Below are positions 1-13,271 of a stretch of DNA of 64,000 nt, one piece after another (within the stretch, counting starts at the first letter, position 1; each line of letters opens with the position of its first letter). Origin of the DNA: the human T2T-CHM13v2.0 reference genome, Homo sapiens; assembly GCF_009914755.1 (NCBI RefSeq), contig NC_060939.1. The stretch is one strand, 5' to 3'. The notes below the pieces were generated by a model. It worked only from the letters and a program-made list of their open reading frames with translations. It ran no database searches and was not told the origin of the DNA. A program made the position numbers and the translations under genes.

Positions 1-192
1 TCCTCCGGTATCTGTGATTCTAAGTTTCCCCTTGAGAAATCTCAGACATGGGAGAGGCTGCCTGAGGCTCTGTAGTCATGGGCAGCTCCTGCAGGGGCCA
101 TAGTGGCCAAAATGAGGGGAGCTTTACTCTGGGGTGCTGGTACTTTGATTGGCTGCCTGTGTTTTTTTGAGGTGGTTTATTTTTCTTTACCA

Positions 193-1022
193 GTAGGGCT
201 GTGTTTTAAGGGTACCCAGGGTTGGTTTTAATCAGGCATGGTGAGACACTTAGACACAGAAGTGACTGTCCTGAAGGAAAGCAGTTTTACTCACTGTTCT
301 TAGAAGCAGAAGGACAGGCTAGGCGCGGTGGCTCAGCCTGTAATCCTAGCACTTTGAGAGGCTAAGTGGGGGTGGATCACGAGGCCAGGAGTTCAAGACC
401 AGCCTAACCAACATGGTGAAACCCCATCTCTACTAAAAATATAACAATTAGCCGGGAGTGGTGGCACGCACCTGTAATCCCAGCTACTCAGGAGGCTGAG
501 GCAGGAGAATTGCTTGAATCCAGGAGGCAGAGGTTGCAGTGAGCCGAGATCGTGCCCCTGCACTCCAGCCTGGGCAACAGAGCTAGACTCCATTTCAAAA
601 AAAAAGGGAAGCGTAGCACATGCAGGGACACAGGGAGGCACCAGGGCCACGCGGGAGGCCGAGAGAGTGCGGGAAACCTGAGCAAGGGCCGTCCTTCATT
701 GTGGCTTCTGCAGGAAGGAAGGGAGGAGCAGGGCACGCAGGCTTAGGTTTAGGATTAGCTCCTTAGAATAATTGCAGTAGGCCCTGGGGCATAGGGACTC
801 TTCCTGGTTGACTTTTACCTGGTCCTGCAGTGATGAGAGCAGGACTGGTGTCAACCCCAGTGTGACAGCCTGATAAAGGATGTGTTTGGGTGGGGGTATG
901 GGTTCTGGATTGATTGATTTGTGTTTGAAAGGCCAGAGTTGTTTACTATCTCTCCAAGGGGCCTCCAGAGTCAGCAAAGCCCCAGATGTCAACACATCAG
1001 AATCCAGAAAATAAAAGACAAG
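193..1022. mobile_element. Old ERVL-class LTR (MER76-like), interrupted by an Alu
   Basis: Resembles the recalled MER76 consensus (gcaggcttagg...gattagct...gatgtcaacacatcagaatccagaaaataaaagaca). Confidence 0.5.
317..605 (+). mobile_element. AluS
   Basis: Dimeric Alu with A-rich linker and A tail. Confidence 0.93.
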
Positions 1023-1292
1023 GCTAGTACAGGCTGTTGGTGTAATTGCTGTTGGGGCTGTGTGTGTGTGGGTGTGTGTCCTTTATCCCAGTTGTTAACT
1101 CCTGGCTGCAGGAGGCTGGAACAGGGGACGGAGAGGGGCAGAGGTGCATCCGTCTAAAACTCGCACTTACTTCTGTTGTCTTCCCTCACTCTCCTTCTTT
1201 TCATCGCTAACTGTGGAGCTGGAAGCCCTCTGGGGTTGTGGTGTCCAGCTCCCTCCTGCACCTGCAGTTCAGTCATTCAAGATATATATGTG

Positions 1293-1643
<351 letters not shown>

Positions 1644-2059
1644 CTAGAGCTTTGGACACAGCGAGTGAAAACCCTGCCCCATGAGGCTCACAGGGTGGCA
1701 GCGTGCCTCACCCACCCTCTGTTCTTCTGGACACCATGAAAATGTCACATCTGCCGATGTCCTCCAGAGTTGTTTACAGGTTTCATTTGGTTAAGAGCTT
1801 GGTTTTATATACATTGTGAGAAAAATCACCAGTTCGGTGTGAAAATTGAAATGGGGGTAGACACTGGCCCTTCCAAGCTGTGCCCGGGGAAGACCTCCCA
1901 GGCCAGTCCCAGTGGTGCTCTCAGGCAGCGTGTGGGGTTGTGAGGACAGACAGGGGCCCCTCTCAAGGTCTTTGCTGCTCCATCAAAGACAGACCCCAGG
2001 GCTTCGGGAAATCCACAGCCTGGTGGCACTGGCTCATGCAGTCCTTTTCCTGTTTCTAG

Positions 2060-2139
2060 TGCTGATGAGCGCTTTGACGCCACATTCCACACTAACGTGT
2101 TGGTGAATTCTTCTGGGCATTGCCAGTACCTGCCTCCAG
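2060..2139 (+). CDS. CHRNA7: nAChR alpha-7 exon 5 (80 nt)
   Basis: tttctag|TGCTGATGAG...CCTCCAG|gtaag; encodes [26 protein letters not shown], matching the alpha-7 extracellular domain. Same exon is present in CHRFAM7A. Confidence 0.96.
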
Positions 2140-2914
2140 GTAAGCTGCACCTCCTTTGTCCTCTTCCAGTTAGAAAACTGAAGCGAGTTTGGGTGTCAGT
2201 CAGTCTGGCCGGTGCCCCCGTGTGGTGGACCAGCTCTTTGCTTCGCCTTTGCTCACTCCCACCTCTTCCTCTCTCTTCTCTTCTGTGCTTCTGTGTGCTT
2301 TCTACCCCCAGAAGTCCATCCTCCTCTTTTGTCTCAATCAAGCCGTCTTTGCCACTATGTCCTTATTTTCTGCCATGTGTGCCTTAAAGCCAATGTACAA
2401 ATACAGCGAGTCTCCTTTGCCGGGCAGTGGCCACCTCACCTTCCAGCCTGGCAAGCCACCTCTCCAGGCTCTGCTTCTCAGTTCCAGCTTGCCATCCTCC
2501 TCCCTGCGGGACTCAGTGTCTTGGCAGGTGCAGCGCTCCAGCTGCCGGGGGTGAGATATGACAGTTCCAGGATCCTGAGTGCGTGCGCTAAAGAGCACAC
2601 GCAGGTTACAGGCAAGGTCTGGTGGTTTCAAGGGAGAGCTCTCTAGCGGCTGACTTCTTCCCAACAGTGTCTCACCTCCAAGGCTAAGTGCTCCCTGGAT
2701 TGGTTCTTTCCCCCCAGTCCATCTTTTCAGTCGATTCACAGGGCAAGGGAAATGGGTTTATGGCCTAAAGGTGCATGCAGAGTGCGCACTAGCATATTGA
2801 TAGGAACAGCTGGGGTTTTTGATCTTTTAGAAGATTTTTAATGTGTTTATTCCAGGGTGATCTCCCACACTGCAGCTGTTTAACTTTCTGCTCAGAGGCA
2901 ACCTGCAATTACCT

Positions 2915-3560
2915 CCACACCTAACTACCACTCACACATACGACTCACACACACACCACTCACAACCACTCACACACAGCCACTCACACATACCACACAC
3001 CACTCACCCCTCACACACACCACTCACACACACCTCACACACACACACACCACTCAGTACTCACACACACCACTCACACCACTCACACTACTCACACCAC
3101 TCATACACACCACCCACACACACTGTTCACACAACACACACACCACTCACAATCACACACACCACTCACACAACCACTCACATACCACCATGACTCAACA
3201 CACACACCACTCACACAACCACTCACATACCACCCACACGACTCAACACTCACACACCACTCACACAACCACTCACATACCACCCACACGACTCAACACT
3301 CACACACCACTCACACAAATATACCACCCACACACCACTCACCACTCCACACATACCACTCACACAAACCACTCAAACCACCAACACACACACACCAACA
3401 CACACACACACCCCTCACACACACCACTTACACACCACTCTCACACACCATACACACCACTCACACACGACTCACAACCCTCACACACACCACTTACACA
3501 CATGCAGGCATGCACTCTCAAACCAGATACACTATTCACACCACTCACATACCACACATA
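2915..3560 (+). repeat. Complex CA-rich tandem repeat (CACACCACT-like units) in intron 5
   Basis: ~640 bp of degenerate cacacaccact units with higher-order duplicated blocks at ~3160-3310. Confidence 0.93.
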
Positions 3561-4299
3561 CTGGCTGTGCCTTCTCGGTTGCTGTCTGTGTGCCTTCCCT
3601 GTCAGCAGGTGACAAGCATCTGGGGGCACAGTCAGCCTTTGCTCACCTTAGCATTTATCCCTGAATGAACAAAGGAGCGAGTGAACCTGTCAATGGTAGA
3701 CACCTCCCAATAATATTGGAAGAGATTGAAGAAGTCCAGCTGTTCAGGCTTCTCGAAGCATCCGCTTTCCTGCTAGCCCTGGCATTTCCTCCTACCAGCA
3801 GGACCCTTGCAAACAGGGGTAGTGGGGGGAGCCTTCCATCACTCCCGAGGTCTTTCTCGCCAGGCCTGCGTGTTGCAGCTTCTGTTATGAGGGCTATTTT
3901 AGAAAACAGCCTCCGGTAGTCACCAGTGTAGAATATGCTGCTGCAGGTTGTTTGGAAGGCTGAGGCTATTTTCAGCTGCAGGACCAGCACTGCAAGCCTC
4001 GAGCTGCCTGAGTGCAGCAGCCCCTCTGGGGCTCCAGGCCTGTGTCCCCACTGCAGTGGCCCTGGATTCCGGTCAGGACAGGACACGTTGTCTTGTGACC
4101 ATGAGGGGCTTCCTTACGCTGGCAGGAAAGGCCCAGGGCCGCCTGGATTGGGAAACCCCTGCCTGCTCCCTGGGAGTGTAGAACGAGTCCCAGGATGCTG
4201 CCCTGTCTGTAGTTAGAGGGGCATGGATAGGAAAGAATGTTTTGAGTTCAAGCTTTGAAATAGAGACTTGACCATAACATGACTTTCCCCCCCATTTCA

Positions 4300-4560
4300 T
4301 GTGTTTATTTTTTAACAGCTTTATTGAGAGAGAATTTACATATCATGCATTTTAAGTACATGATTCAACAACTTTTAGTATATTTACAGACTTATGCAAC
4401 CATTACCACAGTCTAGTTTTAGAACATTCCCATCACCCCACAAAGATCCCTTTTGCTTGTTTGCAGTTAATTCCCATTCCTACTCCCAGCAACCACTGAT
4501 CTGCTTTCTGTCTCTAGAAATTCTCTGTCTGTCTCGGGCCATTATTTCGTAGAAATGGGC
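4300..4560 (-). mobile_element. Old L1M 3' end fragment
   Basis: cagctttattgag...gtatatttacagacttatgcaaccattaccac...tttagaacatt pattern typical of antisense L1MA/MB 3' ends. Confidence 0.7.
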
Positions 4561-5074
4561 TCATGAAGTTACAAAGCTTTCCAACTAACTGGCAGACAAG
4601 GTGGGTTTTGGGGGGATCCAACTATTAATGGAGGGGGATTGTCTGTGATGATTCCAGATTCCTATAAACATTTCATGTAAGGACGCAAAGCATACTTAAA
4701 GGAACTTCAGGGGACAAAATGTGTATCTTTTCCCAACTCGGTTGTGGGGTGGGGTCCTTGTGTGCAAGGCTGTGGAGGCCCTTCCTGCGTGCACTCTTTC
4801 TGTAACTCAGTAACAGAAGTTTGCAGAGTGCCAGCCCTGCCCCAGGAACACCTGGACACCGAGTCTGTGCCTGTCTTCTTGTGCCATGCAGCCTTCCTCT
4901 GGGCAGGGAAGAGCACATGAGTGTAAATAACTGGAGTGGCCTCTATCTGGTTTCCTCCCCTTGGCCCTCTGGGAAATCCACTTCCAACCTGTCCTAGCCT
5001 GGAATAGCTCTTTTCAGCGGAAACTCTTCCTTCAAGCACCATCTCTTCAGCTTAAACCTATCTATCTGTTCTTG

Positions 5075-5397
5075 TTTTTGTTTGTTTGTTTGTTTGTTTG
5101 TTTTAACTTTTTTTCTTACAGACAGATTCTAGGTGTGTTCCCCAGGCTGGAGTGCAGGGGCTCGATCATAGCTCACTTCACTTTAGCCTCAAACTCCTGG
5201 GCTCAAGCAATGCTCCTGCCTTAGCCTTCTGAGTAGCTGGGACTACAGGCATGCATCACCTCACCCAGCTAATTTTTTTTATTAGAGATGTCTCACTATG
5301 TTGCCCAGTCCGGTCTCAAACTCCTAGTCTCAAGTGACCCTCCCACGTCAATGTCTTAGAGTCACTGGGATTACGGGCATGAGACACTGTGCCCAGC
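5075..5397 (-). mobile_element. AluJ
   Basis: Antisense diverged Alu with (TTTG)n tail; tctgttctt on both sides. Confidence 0.88.
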
Positions 5398-5536
5398 TTG
5401 TTCTGTTCTTCATCTAGAATTTAAATTAGTTAAAATTCTAGCTTTAACCAGAATTCTAGATTGTATTTCTCGATAATCATGTGTTCTTCCCATTTTTAAC
5501 CTAAAGAAAATGCCTACCTCACCCCGCACCAAACAG

Positions 5537-5560
5537 ACACACACACACACACACACACAC
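5537..5560. repeat. (CA)n microsatellite
   Basis: Directly visible. Confidence 0.9.
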
Positions 5561-5865
5561 CTTTTAGATTCTATTTCTAACTTCATCATCAGGGTTATCA
5601 ACTTCTCTGAGATATTTTGCATTCTTTACTTTTATTATTTAGAGTCTGAAGATGCTCATGGTAAATGCAGATTATAGAGCTAACTTTTTGCACAAAAAGC
5701 CCACAAAACAGTCTTTGAGAGAGCATGTCAGTGTTACGTTTGGATTTTAAAAGACAGTGAAGCTTAGCTGAGATTCTGTTTTACAGATTTTGCGAATAAA
5801 TAAAAAGACAGATTCCGTTTGCTCTGGACTGTGTTAGCTGCAGTGCGGAGGGCGGAACCGGCTGA

Positions 5866-6114
<249 letters not shown>

Positions 6115-6681
6115 TGAGACTAACCGCCTGGAAGAAAGCTTTCCTATTCCTGGGCAAGCTTTAAAAGTTTGGGATTTTCCACTGTCCTTTCCGGTGCGAG
6201 CATTTATTGAATTTTGCAGTAGTCTCCATAATTTACTGAGAGCTACAGGAGGAGAAACAGAAAACAGTTAGGATATGCCATGCTTTCCAAGAGGAACTGG
6301 CAACTGCAGTGAGGATGCATTTAAACAAACCAGTGTGAGGATAGATCTCTCTACGTTATGCAGATCCACTCCATTTCTAAAAGCAAGTTGAACAGCAAAT
6401 TTCAGTTGATGGGAACCTATATTTGATTATTTTAAAATAGGAAAACAGTGATTACATTTATAACAGTGTAAAATTGGTAATGTATTATTTATAATTATTA
6501 TAATCATGTGTTTCCAATCCACCAAAAGAATATGTACCAATTTGGCCAACTATCACTAAAATACTCTTAACTCTATAGTAAATCAACAAGGTTTTATTCA
6601 AGCTAATTACAACCCCCCCCTTTTTTTTTTTAAGCACTTTGCAAACTTTAGGACTGTGCTTGTGTGTGGTATACACATTGA

Positions 6682-7287
<606 letters not shown>

Positions 7288-7838
7288 TAGTATCAGCTTG
7301 CATTTGTATGTTACAGTACCCAGTGTAATTCTTACGATCACTCCCATACGAAGCTAAGGAAACCAAGATTTTGAATGGTGGAATGAGTTTCCCAATGTCT
7401 TAAAGAGTTGCTAAACATCAGATGTAGCATATGGTAGAAATCATTCCCAAACCCATATCTTCTGAGTGTGAGGTTCAGAAAGGTTGAATGTTGTATCTAA
7501 GGTCACATAGCTAGCTGAGTAGCAAACGTAAGACCTGAAATCAGGTCTCCTGACTGCATATTTTCTTTTTCCTGCTACGTGAAACTACTTCTCAATAATA
7601 TTTTACAGAGAATATGAGAGATAATTGTGCCAAGTTAAATTTTTCAGTTTGTGTTGATGCTTTTAAAATTCTGGGTCCTAAACTTGTCTCCATAAGAGAC
7701 TCCTTTGGGACTCTGGTAAGTGGCATGGAACGTCCCCTGGAAAATGCACACGCCCATACATAGGGAAAACGTGCATTCCACGACATTCCCCCCAGCGCCT
7801 CCCTTTCTTTTGAGTGTCAGGTTAGGAGCCCTCGTTAG

Positions 7839-8012
<174 letters not shown>

Positions 8013-8989
8013 TAGAGATATGGGGTTAGGGTTAGAGTGTGCCCAGGATTTCCCAGCAGATGAAACTAGAAGAAATACGGCTGCACTGCCCCCATTTTCT
8101 CTGGAAGGTGATGATTTGCTGTAACTATTCAGAGTCACCCGGGCCCAAGTAAGGGGAAGGGGATATTCAGCTTTGAGGTTTGACTTTTATCTCACAGAAA
8201 TGCCCCCCTTCCCCTCATAATTCTCCTCCTCATGCTTGCTTTGAAGCCAGATATTTCATCGTTAGAGATGCATCATTTTAGCTTAAGATGTTGTTTTCCC
8301 ACAAAGCCTTTGTTAAAATGGGAGAAGCACACAGTTACTGTGTCCTGAGATAACTCAATGTCTCTGTATAAAAGTTTCTAGGGAAATATGAATGAGAAAA
8401 ATATATTTTGCACAGGTATAAGGCATGATCCTCTACCCAGGGAGGGACAACAAAAACAAGTCTCCACTCCCACTGGGCAGGGAAGGTTGGAAGGAGGTAT
8501 ACAGACTGTCATTACACCTGCTGGCCCCTGCTGTTTGAGGACCTATGCTGTGTCTACCTGGGGGTGGGCTAGAGGGAGAGCCCTACCTGGATACCCCCAG
8601 GCTTTAGGAACCAAGCAGCAAAGGCCCTTCTTTGTGGAACTCCCTGTATGTGCAGTATTTTGGCCAGAGAAACTGTTGGTATGAAAAGCCTTTGTGGGTA
8701 TCATTTTTCTCTTGGTACCATCCAGACAGGGAAGAACCACCTTTCCACCTGATTCTGACTCCATTCTTTCTACCTTCCAGCACACTGCTTTCAGTAGAGA
8801 TTTGCAGCCTCCCTTCCGGGGGCAGTTGTCAGGCCTTCTCTCTCTGGACTGATGACCCGCTGGGAAAGGCTTGGTTGGTGCATAGCCCACATCTCGAAGG
8901 ATGGGATGTTGATGGCCCCAGGGACATCAGCTTTGCTGCCCTCTGTTGATGGAAATTCAGTCTGGGCAATCCTTTGACCCCCATCTCTC

Positions 8990-9412
8990 CAGAGGTGGTT
9001 GGTCTGCTCAGGCTGCCGTGACAAAATACTATGGACTTAGGGGCTTAAATAACTAACAGAAATTTATTTTCTCACAGTTGCACTGCTGAAAGTCCAAGAC
9101 CAAGGGGCCATTAGGGATGGTTTAACCTGAGACCTCTCCCCCTGGCTTGCAGACAACCACTTTCACAATGCTTTGTCCTCCCCTGGTAGTTCCTCTGTGC
9201 ACCTGCATCCCTGGTGTCTCTCTGTGTGTCTAAATTTTCTCTTCTTCATTAAAAGAACACCAGTCAGATTGGATTAGGGCTTACCCTGATGACCTAATTG
9301 TACTTAATTACCTCCTTAAAGACCCTATCTCCAAGTACAGTCACATTCTAGGGTACTAGGGGTTGGGGCTTCAACATATGAATTCTAGGGGGAAGCATAA
9401 TTCAGCTCATAA
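8990..9412. mobile_element. MLT1-family MaLR LTR
   Basis: ggctgccgtgacaaaatac...aacagaaatttattttctcacag...aaagaccctatctcca...gcttcaacatatgaatt. Confidence 0.75.
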
Positions 9413-9749
9413 GGGTCACGGTTTGCTCCAGTCTCCTTCCTTTTCTCAGGGGCCCTGATGCTAACTTTAGGTCTCAAACTTCCAGCTCTGGCAGAGCTCC
9501 TCCCAGGTACCTCTTGGTCTTTGTAGGAAGGCAGTGAGTTCCTTCCTGGCGTGAGGGCCAGTGAGGGCTAGCTGAATGCTTAGCGCCCTGCACCCTGATG
9601 CTTTCCGCTTAGAGTTCAGCCCCTTGAGTGGACAGCCACACCAAAGGTTTAATAATTAGAGCTGCCCACTAAAGAATGCCCCCTCCTTTCTCCTAGACAT
9701 CTTGGCCTGTGTAATTGCTCATCATTGCACAAATCCTGCAAGGAAGAAG

Positions 9750-10925
9750 TTCCTATTTTAATGGAGGCTACCGTAACAAATTGCTGTAGACTGGGGGCCT
9801 AAGCAACAGACATTTATTTCTCAGAGTTCTGCAAGGCTGCACGTCCTCGATAAGGGTGGCAGCAGGGCTCTGGTGAGGGGCCACTCCCTGGTTTACAGCT
9901 GGCCCTCTTCTCGCTGTGGCCTCACGTGGCAAAAAGAGAGTGAATTAGCTCTTTAGCCTCTTTTTATGAAGGACTCTAATCCCATTCATGAGGGCTGCAC
10001 CCTCAGGACCTGTTGAAGGCCCCTGAGAAAATCACTCACCATTTCTCTACTTACACAACACTTCTGACACCAAAGCGGGGCGTTTCTCCCACATCGACCA
10101 ATTCTTGGAAACCAGCTGGGCGTCCTACAGTGAGTTCACTTCAGTCCTGACACCACCTGGAGTTAGCACAGCACTCACAGATTAAGGCTCACAAGACCAT
10201 TTCTACTTGAGATGCCAGTTAGAAGTTCCGGCTTCCCATGCTTCTGACCAAGTGTCTATAAATCGGGGAGTTCCCAAAAGCACATCTTTGAGTTCAGCCA
10301 TTTACTAGAGTGACTCACTCTAGTAAACTCAGGGAAACATTTTACTGATATTTATTCATTAATTATAAAGCACAGATGAATAGTCAGATGAAAGAAATGC
10401 ATAGGGCAAGGTATTTGGGAAGGGGCATGGAACTGCCATGCCCTCTCTGCCCTCCAAACACCTCCTCGTGTTCAGCACTGGGAAGGTCTCCACAGAACTC
10501 CATCCTTTTGGGTTTTTATGGAGGCTTCACTACATAGGCATGATTGATTACATCATTGGCCACTGGCGATCAACTCAACCGTCAGTACCTCTTTCCTCCC
10601 CAGGGGTCAAGGGTTGGGAGAGGGGACAGAGCTTGAAGGTTCCAACTCTCTAATTACTTGGCTGGTTCCCCTGGCAACCAAACCCCATCCTGAGGGTATC
10701 CAGGAACCTCAGCCATAAATCATTTCATTAGCATATAAAAAGACACTGATGACTTCAGAGATTCAAAGGTTTTAGGAGCTGTGTGCCAGGAAATGGGAGG
10801 AAGACCAAATATATATTTCTTATTATAAATCACAATCTCATACCTCCCAAAGCCCCACCTCCAGATACCATCCCAGTTAGGACTAGGGTTTTAACCCATG
10901 AACTTCGTGGGGACACAAACGTCAT
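9750..10925. mobile_element. MLT1A/MST-type MaLR LTR split by a nested MER21-like LTR
   Basis: cccattcatgagggctgcaccctcaggacc (to 10010) resumes as acctcccaaagccccacctcc (from ~10842). Confidence 0.65.
10011..10840. mobile_element. MER21-like LTR (ERVL)
   Basis: acaacacttctgacacc...ggttttatggaggcttcactacataggcatgattga...gaaggttccaactctctaat...tatatttcttattataaatcacaat. Confidence 0.7.
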
Positions 10926-11465
10926 CCTTTGTACCACCCCCATTGGAGAGCTGAGGCCCGAAGAGGCTGAGCATCCACTCCAAACTCACAGCCAGTAGCT
11001 AGTGGACCAGGATGGAAGCACTCAGATGCTCCATGCTGCCCCTCACCTGGGCCCAGGTGGAAGGACACCCATGACCCATTAGAACCAAAGCTGAGACTGA
11101 AGTTCTCGTCCTGAAAAGTCCCTGCCACTGACCCCTTCCTCAGGCTGGACAGCTGGCAGCCAGGTGGTGTGCAGGTTTGCCCTCATTGTGCCCCTGGAGC
11201 ACAGTAGAGGCCTGCATCATGAACACTGGATGGTTCCCATGCCCTCACATCCAGTATTTACCCACAGGAACAAGCTTATCACCATCCTGCCAGGTGATGC
11301 TAGCTCTTATTGACTGACAAGTCGGCCAGAGTGCATGGAAGTGCAATGAAGTGAGGGAAGGTCACTCCGTGGGCGGGAAGTCAGACCACACTGGCTGGTT
11401 TTGCCCACCCAGAATGTGGGCTGCAGGCCTGGACACATGGGCATCACTGCACCCTGAGGCCCTGA

Positions 11466-12082
<617 letters not shown>

Positions 12083-13097
12083 AGAAATAGCTTTGTTTCT
12101 GTATTTCGTCACCTATTGACGTGTCTTTGTGTAGTGTGCAGTCATGGTGCACGTGTTCCCGGATGCCCCGTGGCACTGCTGTCTAATCTAACTGCAGAGT
12201 AGAGTAAGGCTCTCAAACTGGCTGCCCTGTGTGTTCTATCAATCAGCACGGTGTTTTGAGAAGCTAGTTTGTTTTTTGATGCATGCCGTGAAGCACTGTG
12301 CTGCAGTTGGAAGCAACAGATGAGACAGATGCGTAGCAACATGGTTGAGGCTTCACAACAGAATGAGGAGCAAAGAGTAAGAAACAGAATGAGCTGTGTA
12401 CAAATATGTACGTTCAGTACATCTAGGGATATCATCCAACCAGAAGTCTATGAAACAAAGACTAATTGTCACCAGTGCAGAAGGGGGAAGGGATAAAAGG
12501 AAACGGATGAAAACAGAAAGGATGGCATCCCACAGCCTGTCAGCTTAGCCTGGGCCATACCACTCCTGCCCCAGCTGCTGGCACCGTGCCCGGCCACATC
12601 TGCGGATGCTCACCCACCCAGGGATCCTCTCCTGCACGGTGTCCAGAGCTCTGCATCCACCCTTGCCTGGCAGTCAGGAAACCTTGATGAGGGCCTAGGG
12701 AGGGCCTGAGCTTCTTCCCCTCTTCATGTGAGCTTTGTAAAGCTTCCCCGTCCTCCTGTCTAGAGAGCCTGGCCTAAGGATTTGGGGAGCTAAAAAGGCC
12801 CTCACATTCCAAAAGTTGTCTGTCTTTGGAGAGCACTTGTGTCCCAGTTCAGAAGGGAATCTAGGAATCACCAACAAGCTAAATGCAGCTGTAGGGGGTG
12901 AGATGCTGTCAGGCACCCTCCAGGAATAGGGGATTGCTGGGCCTCCTGAAACAGTCATTGTGGAGTTGTTACCTGAATGCTCACTTAGCAAAGACTGCTT
13001 CTTAAGAAATGCTTTACAAAATTACTGTTTCTTCTCAGAGTTTCACCCACATGGCCCATTCCCCTTATACACTATTTAGTAAAGACTTACCTGTGAG

Positions 13098-13271
13098 CCC
13101 ACCACAGTGGTGTGTGGCTGTAGTCCCAGCTACCTGGGAGGCTGAGGTGGGAGGATCATGTGAGCCCAGGAGCTCCAGGCTCCAGTGAGCTATGGTGGTG
13201 TCATTGCCCTCCAGCCTGGGTGACAGAGCAAAACTCCATCTCCTAAAAAAAAAAAAAAAAAAAAAAAAAAA
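13098..13271 (+). mobile_element. Alu monomer (FRAM/AluJ right arm)
   Basis: tgtagtcccagctac...ctccagcctgggtgacagagc followed by a long A tail. Confidence 0.85.

Noticed and set aside
3190-3612. His/Thr-rich 140-aa ORF
   Set aside because: Translation of the CA-rich simple repeat.
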